Source: Desulfobacterales bacterium (GTDB lineage: Bacteria > Desulfobacterota > Desulfobacteria > Desulfobacterales > JAQWFD01). Taken from it: a DNA stretch of 64,000 nt. The position numbers and the translations under genes were made by a program. The notes below the pieces were generated by a model that did no database searches, was not told the origin of the DNA, and saw nothing but the letters and a program-made list of their open reading frames with translations. The DNA lies in NCBI GenBank assembly GCA_028704555.1, contig JAQWFD010000001.1, positions 69,401 to 133,400 on the forward strand, in the 5' to 3' direction. Positions 56,828 to 64,000 of this stretch are shown here, piece by piece. How positions within the stretch are numbered: position 1 is the first letter of the stretch; the number at the start of each line of letters is the position of its first letter.

Positions 56828-57991
56828 ATGCCAGCAGCCAAACGATTTAAGACAAAATATCCTGGAGTCTTCTATACTATCGGCAAATCTGCCAGCGGAA
56901 AACCAGAACGGATTTACAATATTCGGTATCGAAAGCATGGAAAAATGATCGAGGAGAAGGCAGGACGGCAGCTTCAAGATGCGATGACACCCGCAGTGGC
57001 GGCGAGAATCCGAGCAAATAGAATTGAAGGCGACCTATCAAATCGTGAAAAACGAGAAGCTGAAGACGCAAAGAAAGCGGCTGAAGCTGGGAAATGGACC
57101 TTGGACAAATTGGCGGCTGAATATTTCAACGGTAGGCCGGACGGCAAATCTAAAGTTACCGACCTCAACAGGTTCGAAAAATATCTAAAAGCAAAATTCG
57201 GCAATCAAGAGCCTTCTGAAATCATCCCTTTAGAGGTTGACAGGCTTCGAATCAGGTTACTCAAAACCAAGTCCCCTCAAACCGTCAAGCACGTTCTGAA
57301 TTTACTGACCTGGATAGCCAACTTTGGATTCAAAAAAAACCTATGTGCCGGAATACCCTTTCATATCGAAAAACCAACAGTTGACAATCAAAAAACAGAA
57401 AATCTAACACAGGAGGAACTTTCAAAGCTTTTGCAAGTCCTTGATGAGCATGATGATATTCAAATCGCAAACCTTATGAAAATGGCTCTGTTTACCGGAA
57501 TGCGGCGCGGCGAGCTATTCAAACTAAAATGGAAGGATGTTGACCTTAACAGAGGCTTCATAAAAATCGTTGAACCCAAAGGCGGGAAAAGCCAAACTGT
57601 GCCGTTAAGTGAAGATGCTAAGCGGATTTTAGAAAAGCATCCCCGAACGGAAAGCGCGTTTGTGTTTCCGAACAAACACGGGGAACAGCGGGTTAGCGTC
57701 AGTCACTCGGTCAATAAGATCAAAAAAGCGGCCGGACTTCCTAAGGATTTCCGACCCCTTCACGGCTTGCGGCACACTTTCGCTTCTATTCTGGCGGGTT
57801 CTGGCGAAGTTGACTTGTATAAAATCCAGCGGTTACTCACACATAAAGATCCGCGAATGACACAAAGGTATGCACACCTCAGAGATGAGTCCCTCAAGCA
57901 AGCGTCTAATGTGGCCGGGGATATCATCAGCCAGGCAGCAGCTAAAAAGGATGTTGAGCAGGTCGTTAACATAGAGGAACATCGAAAATAA
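56828..57991 (+). CDS. int: tyrosine-type site-specific integrase
   Basis: The ORF track starts at GTG 56780. I prefer ATG 56828, with AAAGGAGG 6 nt upstream. Catalytic signature: R in FTGMRRGEL, HGLRHTFAS, and LLTHKDPRMTQRYAH (nucleophile Tyr). Confidence 0.92.
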   Translation: MPAAKRFKTKYPGVFYTIGKSASGKPERIYNIRYRKHGKMIEEKAGRQLQDAMTPAVAARIRANRIEGDLSNREKREAEDAKKAAEAGKWTLDKLAAEYFNGRPDGKSKVTDLNRFEKYLKAKFGNQEPSEIIPLEVDRLRIRLLKTKSPQTVKHVLNLLTWIANFGFKKNLCAGIPFHIEKPTVDNQKTENLTQEELSKLLQVLDEHDDIQIANLMKMALFTGMRRGELFKLKWKDVDLNRGFIKIVEPKGGKSQTVPLSEDAKRILEKHPRTESAFVFPNKHGEQRVSVSHSVNKIKKAAGLPKDFRPLHGLRHTFASILAGSGEVDLYKIQRLLTHKDPRMTQRYAHLRDESLKQASNVAGDIISQAAAKKDVEQVVNIEEHRK

Positions 57992-58100
57992 CACTTTTCA
58001 GGGGATAGGGTCCGGCTGATCACCGGAACCGACAAGACCGGATAACCTGGCCGGTTTTCCCCGGGGTCTAATACCAGGAGTGCCACAGGAGGCATAAAAA

Positions 58101-58853
58101 ATGGCTACACGTTCTATCTCAAATAATTACCCCCTTCTAAACATAGAGGCACTGAGTGCTTGCGCCGAAAGGTGGGCGCGATATTACCAGTTTATTCAAC
58201 GAATAACCATCCAGAGGACCTATTGCGTTTCCGAAGATATTCAATATGTAATAATTTTTGAAACACCGGAAATTGACGATAGCGACAGAGATTTGGCACC
58301 CTATTTTCATGATTTTCAAATGCAAGTGGCAGATCCCTTTGATGAATCATGCTTTCTCAGGGACTTGAAAACAGTTTACTCCGACGGCCAGGAGCATGCC
58401 GTTGCGGATGAGTGGTATTTTGACCGCATAGATATTGGAGAACAATGGAGTGCCGAGGTCGATGAGAATACCAAAATTATTCTTTATGAAAAATTAGATC
58501 CGCTTGATCTGCTGTTGAAAAGTATCCGTCCACAGGCTGATGAAATTTACCTCGGAATTAAAGAGCACGCGGGTATAGGCCTGAAGGCAGGAGGCGAACC
58601 GCAAATTAAGGAGAAGAGAAAGGAAGCCGCACTCGATATTTACAGAAAGGACAAGTCGCGGTTCCCGGATGTGCGGGAGAGCTTTCTATCAGAATTGGAC
58701 CTTTACGACTTTGGAGACAAGCCACATGAGGAGTTCATCGGCACGCTGCTAATGAAAATAGTGACGACAAGAGGCTTTTCGGAAGCAAAAAACAAACGCG
58801 ATCTTTTCAAGAGATCAAAGAAATGGAAGCCAGGTTCCGTGCCAAAAAAGTGA
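58101..58853 (+). CDS. hypothetical protein (no recognisable family)
   Basis: 250-aa ORF with a strong RBS (CAGGAGG, 7 nt spacer). Acidic N-terminal two-thirds and a Lys-rich C-terminal tail. I recognise no motif. Confidence 0.6.
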   Translation: MATRSISNNYPLLNIEALSACAERWARYYQFIQRITIQRTYCVSEDIQYVIIFETPEIDDSDRDLAPYFHDFQMQVADPFDESCFLRDLKTVYSDGQEHAVADEWYFDRIDIGEQWSAEVDENTKIILYEKLDPLDLLLKSIRPQADEIYLGIKEHAGIGLKAGGEPQIKEKRKEAALDIYRKDKSRFPDVRESFLSELDLYDFGDKPHEEFIGTLLMKIVTTRGFSEAKNKRDLFKRSKKWKPGSVPKK

Positions 58854-58938
58854 ACCTGTTAAATATTCATTAATTCAAGCATGTTATATATTTAGCAAGT
58901 TCACCTCGTGAGCTGTTAAAATTTCTTTACCTATGAGA

Positions 58939-58980
58939 CCCTGTAGTCATTCAGTTGATTATAGGGTTTTTTGTTTTTTT
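58939..58980 (+). terminator. rho-independent terminator after the int-orphan module
   Basis: CCCTGTA-(14 nt)-TATAGGG followed by TTTTTTGTTTTTTT. Confidence 0.55.
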
Positions 58981-59004
58981 ACCACTTAACACGGAGTTTT
59001 AACG

Positions 59005-59202
59005 ATGGATGAGAAATTTGCCAAGTATTTACACGAAAGGGAAGTGTCAGAAATCACAGGCCGGGCGCTTCCAACTCTGAGAAACGACAGACATAATCGG
59101 CGAGGCATTCCCTATTGCAAAATTGGGAGGTCTGTTCGCTACCTACATGACGACGTGATTGAATTCATGGAGAGCAGAAAAATCCAAACCGAAAGCCTGT
59201 AA
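59005..59202 (+). CDS. AlpA/excisionase-family helix-turn-helix DNA-binding protein
   Basis: 65-aa ORF. YLHEREVSEITGRALPTLRNDRHNRRGIPYCKIGRSVRYLHDDVIEFMESR matches the MerR-superfamily excisionase/AlpA pattern (HTH, then K/R-I/V-G-R-x-V/I-R-Y). Stop lies 2 nt before the primase ATG. Confidence 0.8.
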   Translation: MDEKFAKYLHEREVSEITGRALPTLRNDRHNRRGIPYCKIGRSVRYLHDDVIEFMESRKIQTESL

Positions 59203-59204
59203 AT

Positions 59205-61238
59205 ATGCAAGACACTATTGAAGCCTTACGGGCGGCGATGCTGGAAAACGGGATCAGCTGCCAAACTGAAATCATACCGGATGACGAACTCCACAGGTTC
59301 AAGCCAGAGGACCGAAATAATCCTGATGCCTGGTATGTGCTTCACTTGGACGGAATCCCGGCGGGAAGCTACGGGGATTGGAAAACCGGGGCGTCGTTTA
59401 CTTGGTGTGAAAAAAACCAAAGTGAAATGACACAGCCTGAACGGGCCGAGTACACCCGGCATATCGAAGCGCAGAAGCAACGGCGCGATGCCGAGCAAAA
59501 AAAGATCCACGGGAAAGCCCGACAGGAAGCCTTGAAGATATGGGAGGCAGCGTCACCGGCAACGCAGGAGCACCCCTATCTCAAACGAAAACAGGTTCAG
59601 CCTTATGGTGTCAAAGTCGATGAGCAAGGGCGGCTTGTGGTCCCTGCCAGGGATGCGGACGGCAAGATTCACACGATAGAACGGATCACGCCAGACGGAG
59701 AAAAGCGATTTTTGAAAAACGGCGCGAAGCAGGGCTTTTTCTTTGAGATCCCTGGCAGCACCGAAACCGTTTATATCTGCGAAGGATTCTCGACCAGCGC
59801 AAGCATCCACCAGGCAACAGGAAGGCATACCGTTTGTTCATTCGATTGTGGCAATCTGAAACCAGTGGCCGCGGCGATCCGTAAAAAATATCCTAATTCA
59901 AAAATTGTTATCGCGGCAGACAACGACCAAACGAAACCCGGTAATCCGGGATTGACAGCGGCACGAGCAGCAGCAAAGGCAACCGGGGCGGAAGTTGCCG
60001 TTCCTGAATTTAAGAAGGGAAAAGCCAAATTGAGTGACTTCAACGATCTTGCAACTGAGGAGGGGGTTGAGGAAGTCAAGAGACAGCTGGAAAAATCAGC
60101 AAAAGGACCGGATGTGCCAAAAGGTTACAACGCCTCAGAGTTGATGGATATTGTCTTTCCAGAAATCAAGTGGGCCATACCCGATATCTTACCGGAGGGG
60201 TTGAACATCCTGGGCGGCAAACCCAAACAAGGCAAATCTATTTTTGCACTGAACACAGGCATTGCCGTTTCATCCGGGGGCAAGGCATTGGGAAAAATCG
60301 ACGTTGAAATGGGATCGGTTATCTATCTTGCATTAGAGGATACCCCGCGACGCCTTCAGCAACGCTTACGGCAAATGTTACGGCACGGCGGAAAAGCATC
60401 AAATAAACTGCATTTGTTTACGGAGTGGCCGAGGGCGGATAAAGGCGGCCTTGAACTCCTGGAAACGGAAATCAAAAAACATGGAGACACAAGGCTTGTC
60501 ATTATTGACACCCTGGCAAAATTCAGACCGACTGACCGCGGAGCGAATAAAAGCTTGTATGATGTGGACTATCAGCATGTGGCGGAAATCAAGAGCCTTG
60601 CCGACAGATACACCGTCACCATTCTATTGATCCACCATTTAAGGAAAATGGAAGCCGATGACATAATGGATACCTTCAGCGGGAGCCTGGGACTTACAGG
60701 CGCGGCCGATGGCCTGCTCGCATTGGCAAGGAAAACCGGACAAGCGGATGCCGTTCTTCATATCAACGGGCGGGACGTTGAGGCGGCGGAATTTGCTTTA
60801 AAATTTGATCCCGAGTTCATGTCATGGCAGTTGCTGGGCGATGCCGGAGAAGTCCAGGACACGCAAAAACAACAAGCACTTTTCGACGCTTTGAAGGATG
60901 CCGAAGAAGCACTCACGCCAAAGGAACTATCTGAAATTACAGGATTAAATTACAAATATATCACCAAGACATTACCCAAGCTGTTAAAGCTCAACGCCAT
61001 AAGTAAGATAGAGAGAGGAAAATATATATATATGGTGGAGGGTTTAGGGGGGTTAGGGGGTAAAGGGGACATTGGGGGTTTAGGGGGTAAACGTCAATAC
61101 AGCTTCGATTCACCCCGCTTAACCCCCTGGGGGGTAAAAGGTAGGGGCATTTCCAAAGCCAGTAATGACAATGGTCTTCAGCTGAAAACCCCCATTATCC
61201 CCATTGTCCCCTATACCCCAAACGAGGTGACAATTTGA
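59205..61238 (+). CDS. bifunctional DNA primase (Toprim) / RepA-DnaB-like helicase ATPase, C-terminal wHTH-like region
   Basis: 677-aa ORF. Toprim Glu in VYICEGFSTSASI and DxD in VIAADND. Walker A GGKPKQGKS, Walker B LVIIDTLAKF, and the LLIHHLRK block typical of AAA_25/RepA-type proteins. The last ~70 codons run through a G-rich repeat block (peptide GLGGLGGKGDIGGLGGK). Confidence 0.88.
   Translation: MQDTIEALRAAMLENGISCQTEIIPDDELHRFKPEDRNNPDAWYVLHLDGIPAGSYGDWKTGASFTWCEKNQSEMTQPERAEYTRHIEAQKQRRDAEQKKIHGKARQEALKIWEAASPATQEHPYLKRKQVQPYGVKVDEQGRLVVPARDADGKIHTIERITPDGEKRFLKNGAKQGFFFEIPGSTETVYICEGFSTSASIHQATGRHTVCSFDCGNLKPVAAAIRKKYPNSKIVIAADNDQTKPGNPGLTAARAAAKATGAEVAVPEFKKGKAKLSDFNDLATEEGVEEVKRQLEKSAKGPDVPKGYNASELMDIVFPEIKWAIPDILPEGLNILGGKPKQGKSIFALNTGIAVSSGGKALGKIDVEMGSVIYLALEDTPRRLQQRLRQMLRHGGKASNKLHLFTEWPRADKGGLELLETEIKKHGDTRLVIIDTLAKFRPTDRGANKSLYDVDYQHVAEIKSLADRYTVTILLIHHLRKMEADDIMDTFSGSLGLTGAADGLLALARKTGQADAVLHINGRDVEAAEFALKFDPEFMSWQLLGDAGEVQDTQKQQALFDALKDAEEALTPKELSEITGLNYKYITKTLPKLLKLNAISKIERGKYIYMVEGLGGLGGKGDIGGLGGKRQYSFDSPRLTPWGVKGRGISKASNDNGLQLKTPIIPIVPYTPNEVTI
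61019..61223 (+). repeat. origin-like block: (AT)n tract plus G-run iterons and inverted C-run copies
   Basis: AAATATATATATATGG, then GGTTTAGGGGGG-TTAGGGGGTAAA-GGGGAC-ATTGGGGG-TTTAGGGGGTAAA. The exact 12-mer TTAGGGGGTAAA occurs at 61053 and 61080. Then the palindrome AACCCCCTGGGGGGT, GGTAGGGG, and ~40 nt later AAAACCCCCATTATCCCCATTGTCCCCTATACCCCAAA. Confidence 0.7.
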
Positions 61239-61612
61239 AAAATTCGGTCAATTTTTTATCCCGTATGGGGCTATACGTTTCAAATGGCGCAGGGGGCAAA
61301 GGGGACAAAATCAAAATATGGGGCCTGAACCGACTTTCAGCGGATCAGCGGGAAAATGTCGTTGAATATGCGAAGGAACACAAGACAGAGATCATAGAAA
61401 CCTTGAACAGGAAGAACCCCCGTTGTCTGGGCATTGTCTGCGACTACGCTCAATACAAAGAAATTGATGAAATGCCGTTTTGCCTATGGTGTAACCGGGT
61501 TGACAAGCTGGGGCTTAACCTGGCGGAATGCCCTGAAGGCTATTGGGAGAAGGATGAATTGGGATTCCCTAAAAACGCGTTAATGGAAGCCCATAGCCGA
61601 GGGCACCCATAG
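61235..61612 (+). CDS. hypothetical Cys-rich protein
   Basis: 125-aa ORF. TTG start with GAGGTG 5 nt upstream, overlapping the primase stop (ATTTGA). C-terminal half has C-x4-C...C-x2-C...C spacing. Confidence 0.5.
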   Translation: MKNSVNFLSRMGLYVSNGAGGKGDKIKIWGLNRLSADQRENVVEYAKEHKTEIIETLNRKNPRCLGIVCDYAQYKEIDEMPFCLWCNRVDKLGLNLAECPEGYWEKDELGFPKNALMEAHSRGHP

Positions 61613-61702
61613 AATGGCCAATAACCACCGAATCAGACAATTGACAAGCGGTCATACTGAAGGCCGAGTACAATTTATTTAATTTCAACAGGAGATACCG
61701 CA

Positions 61703-62467
61703 ATGAGTAACGTTATTCCATTCAACTACAATTCAAAAGAGGTAAGAGTAATCAAGGATGAATCGGGAAATCCATGGTGGGTTGCAAAGGATGTTTGTGA
61801 CGTCCTTGATATCAAAAACGCGACACAGGCAATAAGCATTCTTGACGATGATGAACGGTCTATGCAAAACATAGGTCGTCAAGGTGAGGCAAATATTATC
61901 AATGAATCAGGGCTTTATGCTTTAATCATCCGCAGCAACAAACCCCAATCAAAACCATTTCGCAAATGGGTAACATCTGAAGTTCTTACATCTATTCGCA
62001 AAACAGGAAGCTATAAAGCGCCAAATCAGAAACCAGCCACTCTCCTACCGATTGACCGGGAATTCCGGGCTGCCGTCAGAATGGCGAAAGCTGCTGGGCT
62101 AAAGGGCAATCAGGCAGTACTCTCAGCAAACCGTCTCACCAGAGAAATGACAGGTTCGGCACCGCTACAATTACTGGAGATCACCCATCTTGAATCAGCT
62201 ACCAAAGAAGCCCACCTGACCCCGTCCGACATCGGCAAACAGCTTGGCCTATCCGGACGAAAAGTTAACAAGACACTTGCTGCGAATGGGCTCCAGACAG
62301 CCTACAGGGATCATAAAGACAGGCTGAGATGGAAACCCACACCGAAGGGCGCGGCATATTCTGTCGCCAAGGACACAGGGAAAAAGCACAGCGACGGAAC
62401 GCCGGTTGTCCAACTGTTCTGGCTCGATTCGGTGCTTGACTCGCTGAAAATGTTGGCTGCTGCATAA
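61703..62467 (+). CDS. BRO-N domain protein (prophage antirepressor-like)
   Basis: 254-aa ORF with RBS AGGAGA. N-terminus VIPFNYNSKEVRVIKDESGNPWWVAKDVCDVLDIKN...ESGLYALIIRSNKPQSKPFRKWVTSEVLTSIRKTG is the classic BRO-N pattern. Confidence 0.85.
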   Translation: MSNVIPFNYNSKEVRVIKDESGNPWWVAKDVCDVLDIKNATQAISILDDDERSMQNIGRQGEANIINESGLYALIIRSNKPQSKPFRKWVTSEVLTSIRKTGSYKAPNQKPATLLPIDREFRAAVRMAKAAGLKGNQAVLSANRLTREMTGSAPLQLLEITHLESATKEAHLTPSDIGKQLGLSGRKVNKTLAANGLQTAYRDHKDRLRWKPTPKGAAYSVAKDTGKKHSDGTPVVQLFWLDSVLDSLKMLAAA

Positions 62468-62522
62468 TATCACACTTAACGAACCAGAACTTTACGCCAC
62501 AATCGAAAGGCGGTTACGACAG

Positions 62523-62888
62523 ATGAGCACAGATGATCTTCGAAAACGATACCGGCAATACCATAAAGAGCGTGACCGCCTTTGGAGAGAATACGAACGG
62601 GCTATGGATGCCTTCTGCGCTGAAATGCGAAAACTGCCTGTTCTTGTACGGCTGAAACACTACCACCAGAAACCAGCACCCCCACGTCTCCCCTTCCCCG
62701 ACGAACTGCGGGGCCTTACCTGAGGGGCTAAGACGAGGCGCGGGACGCCTTGTAAAAGAATAGATCTTTTCAGCAACGGACGATGTAAATTTCATGGTGG
62801 CATGAGTACAGGTCCGACATCGGCAGAGGGAAAGCGAAAGGCCGCCTTAAATGGGCAGAAACCGAAACGAAATAAGCGGAGTCCATGA
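62523..62888 (+). CDS. HGGxSTG-type zinc-knuckle protein interrupted by an in-frame TGA (candidate Sec codon, or pseudogene)
   Basis: The 66-aa ORF ends ...ELRGLT-TGA. The same frame continues GAKTRRGTPCKRIDLFSNGRCKFHGGMSTGPTSAEGKRKAALNGQKPKRNKRSP-TGA (62886-62888). The downstream part has no start codon of its own near its beginning. The TGA occupies the position of the first Cys in the CGAxTRxGxxC...NGRCxxHGGxSTGP pattern. Confidence 0.55.
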
Positions 62889-63049
62889 AGGGTTAACAAT
62901 AGTTAACATTTCAGGAGGCCGTACCCGAGGGTCGAGCGGTTATCTGAGGGCATGGTATAGCCGAATGATCTGAGCTACATCTGATGGTTTACGGACAATA
63001 AAAGGGTTACTTTTCTTTGATGATTTCGATTAAAAAAAAGGAGTTGATT

Positions 63050-63649
63050 ATGGGCGGCAGGGGTTCAGGCGCTTATATACGAATCAGCACAAAGCGTACA
63101 ACTGATGATTGTTTGAGTCTGGATATTCGTTGGCTTAAGCGAAACCATTTCCTCACACCGGGGCAGCAATACCCCCTTCAGTGGTCAGTCCGGGGAAGAC
63201 AAATCGGGGGAGTGACGCTTCAGGCCCATGAGAATCACGCCGTTTTGCTGTATCGCTATCGAAGGAACGGTGTGGGCGATTGGGAGGACGTTCAGCAGCG
63301 GATCAACTTCACATGGACACATTGCCACTATGGAGGGCAGCGGCGGTGGTTTATCTGCCCCTTCTGTTCGAGGCGCGTAGCGATCCTGTACGGTCCGGGA
63401 AGGCATTTTGCTTGCCGGGATTGTTATAATTTATCGTACGAATCGCAGAGGGAAACCCGCCCTTCCAGGATGTACCGAAAAGCCAGCAAGATTCGGGAGC
63501 GGCTGGGAGCGAGTCCTGCCCCCATAGACCCGATTTTTTCAAAACCAAAAGGGATGCACTATAAAACATTCAGATGGCTCAAGCTTCACGCAGAATTGCT
63601 GGAAGAACGTGCATTGCTGGATGGATACAGGATGCTGAAGCTTAGATAA
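63050..63649 (+). CDS. hypothetical Zn-ribbon protein
   Basis: The ORF track starts at TTG 63017. I prefer ATG 63050, with AAGGAG 7 nt upstream. Contains CPFCSRRVAILYGPGRHFACRDCYNLSYESQRE (C-x2-C...C-x2-C). From memory, the pattern recurs in mobile-element proteins of unknown function. Confidence 0.6.
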   Translation: MGGRGSGAYIRISTKRTTDDCLSLDIRWLKRNHFLTPGQQYPLQWSVRGRQIGGVTLQAHENHAVLLYRYRRNGVGDWEDVQQRINFTWTHCHYGGQRRWFICPFCSRRVAILYGPGRHFACRDCYNLSYESQRETRPSRMYRKASKIRERLGASPAPIDPIFSKPKGMHYKTFRWLKLHAELLEERALLDGYRMLKLR

Positions 63650-63797
63650 GGCATATGATAGGTTTAAAGCATTTGAAGAGCCTGGCGGCACCCTGATTCA
63701 ACAAACCGGAAACCGATCGCTCAAGATTTACCGACTATGTAAAAACGGCACTGCGAGCTTCCTCGAGGGATCTGCGTTGATGGTGTTTTTGTATCGA

Positions 63798-64000
63798 CTA
63801 AATTTCGTTTTCAGTCGATATTATTTTTAATGATAAAAATTCGTTTCCTCTTTTTGTATTTACGGTAAAATTCATAACTGATTTTGGCATACTATTAATA
63901 GAACCATCACGGATCATATACCCTTCACAAACAACCGTCGCTTCCCTTTCACTGATTTTGGTATTGCCTGAGCCTCTCACTTCCAACACTGCGTATTTGC
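63798..64000 (-). CDS. C-terminal part of an unknown gene running off the window edge
   Basis: The minus-strand frame is open from the window edge (…KYAVLEVRGSGNTKISEREATVV...STENEI-stop at 63798). AT-rich compared with its neighbours. No recognisable motif. Confidence 0.3.
   Translation of the reverse strand, partial: KYAVLEVRGSGNTKISEREATVVCEGYMIRDGSINSMPKSVMNFTVNTKRGNEFLSLKIISTENEI

Larger units (their letters stand above)
56617..64000. mobile_element. integrated mobile element (phage-satellite / PICI-like or small integrative element), right end beyond window
   Basis: tRNA 3' fragment at the left junction, then a co-oriented module: tyrosine integrase, orphan, terminator, AlpA-like HTH, Toprim primase-helicase with iteron block, small Cys protein, BRO-N protein, HGGxSTG-type gene, Zn-ribbon protein. 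I found no second copy of the tRNA fragment inside the window. Confidence 0.8.

Noticed and set aside
62514-62795. 93-aa minus-strand ORF
   Set aside because: Antisense to the HGGxSTG-type reading frame, whose downstream half carries a recognisable conserved motif.

Overview
Chromosomal window whose gene content (nifJ-type PFOR, class I fumarase, anaerobic-style cobamide genes, sigma-54 regulator) suggests a sulfate-reducer-like Deltaproteobacterium/Desulfobacterota; this is inference, as no search was run. Layout: 0.1-6.8 kb holds a stand-alone REC protein, a sensor-less sigma-54 activator, and nucleotide-sugar genes (ugd plus two SDR epimerases). 7.0-38.0 kb, all on the minus strand, is a nearly complete translation/transcription super-cluster. 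In transcription order it runs tRNA Thr-Tyr-Gly-Thr, tuf, rpmG, tRNA-Trp, secE, nusG, rplKAJL, rpoBC, rpsL, rpsG (no fusA), a second identical tuf, then the S10/spc/alpha operons down to rplQ. 38.9-40.9 kb holds an MltD-like LysM lytic transglycosylase and tRNA-Arg(CCU). 40.9-50.4 kb holds a cobalamin riboswitch followed by late cobamide assembly genes: cobT, a U32-family Fe-S protein, cobO, cobQ, cobU, cobS, cobD, cbiB and a CbiR-like TIM barrel. 50.5-55.8 kb holds PFOR and class I fumarate hydratase. From 56.6 kb to the window edge lies an integrated mobile element. Its left junction is a 48-nt 3' fragment of a tRNA-Glu-like gene. It carries an integrase, an orphan protein, an AlpA-like HTH, a Toprim primase fused to a RepA-like helicase with an iteron/AT-rich origin-like block in its 3' end, a BRO-N protein, an HGGxSTG-type gene interrupted by an in-frame TGA, and a Zn-ribbon protein. 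Observations most worth follow-up: (1) a parvulin/PpiC-like domain inserted inside RpoC; (2) the TGA sitting where the first conserved Cys of the HGGxSTG zinc knuckle is expected, with a downstream hairpin (candidate selenocysteine codon, or a nonsense mutation); (3) the U32 4Fe-4S hydroxylase-family gene embedded in the cobamide operon; (4) the satellite/PICI-like element itself. No CRISPR array, rRNA or transposase was seen.
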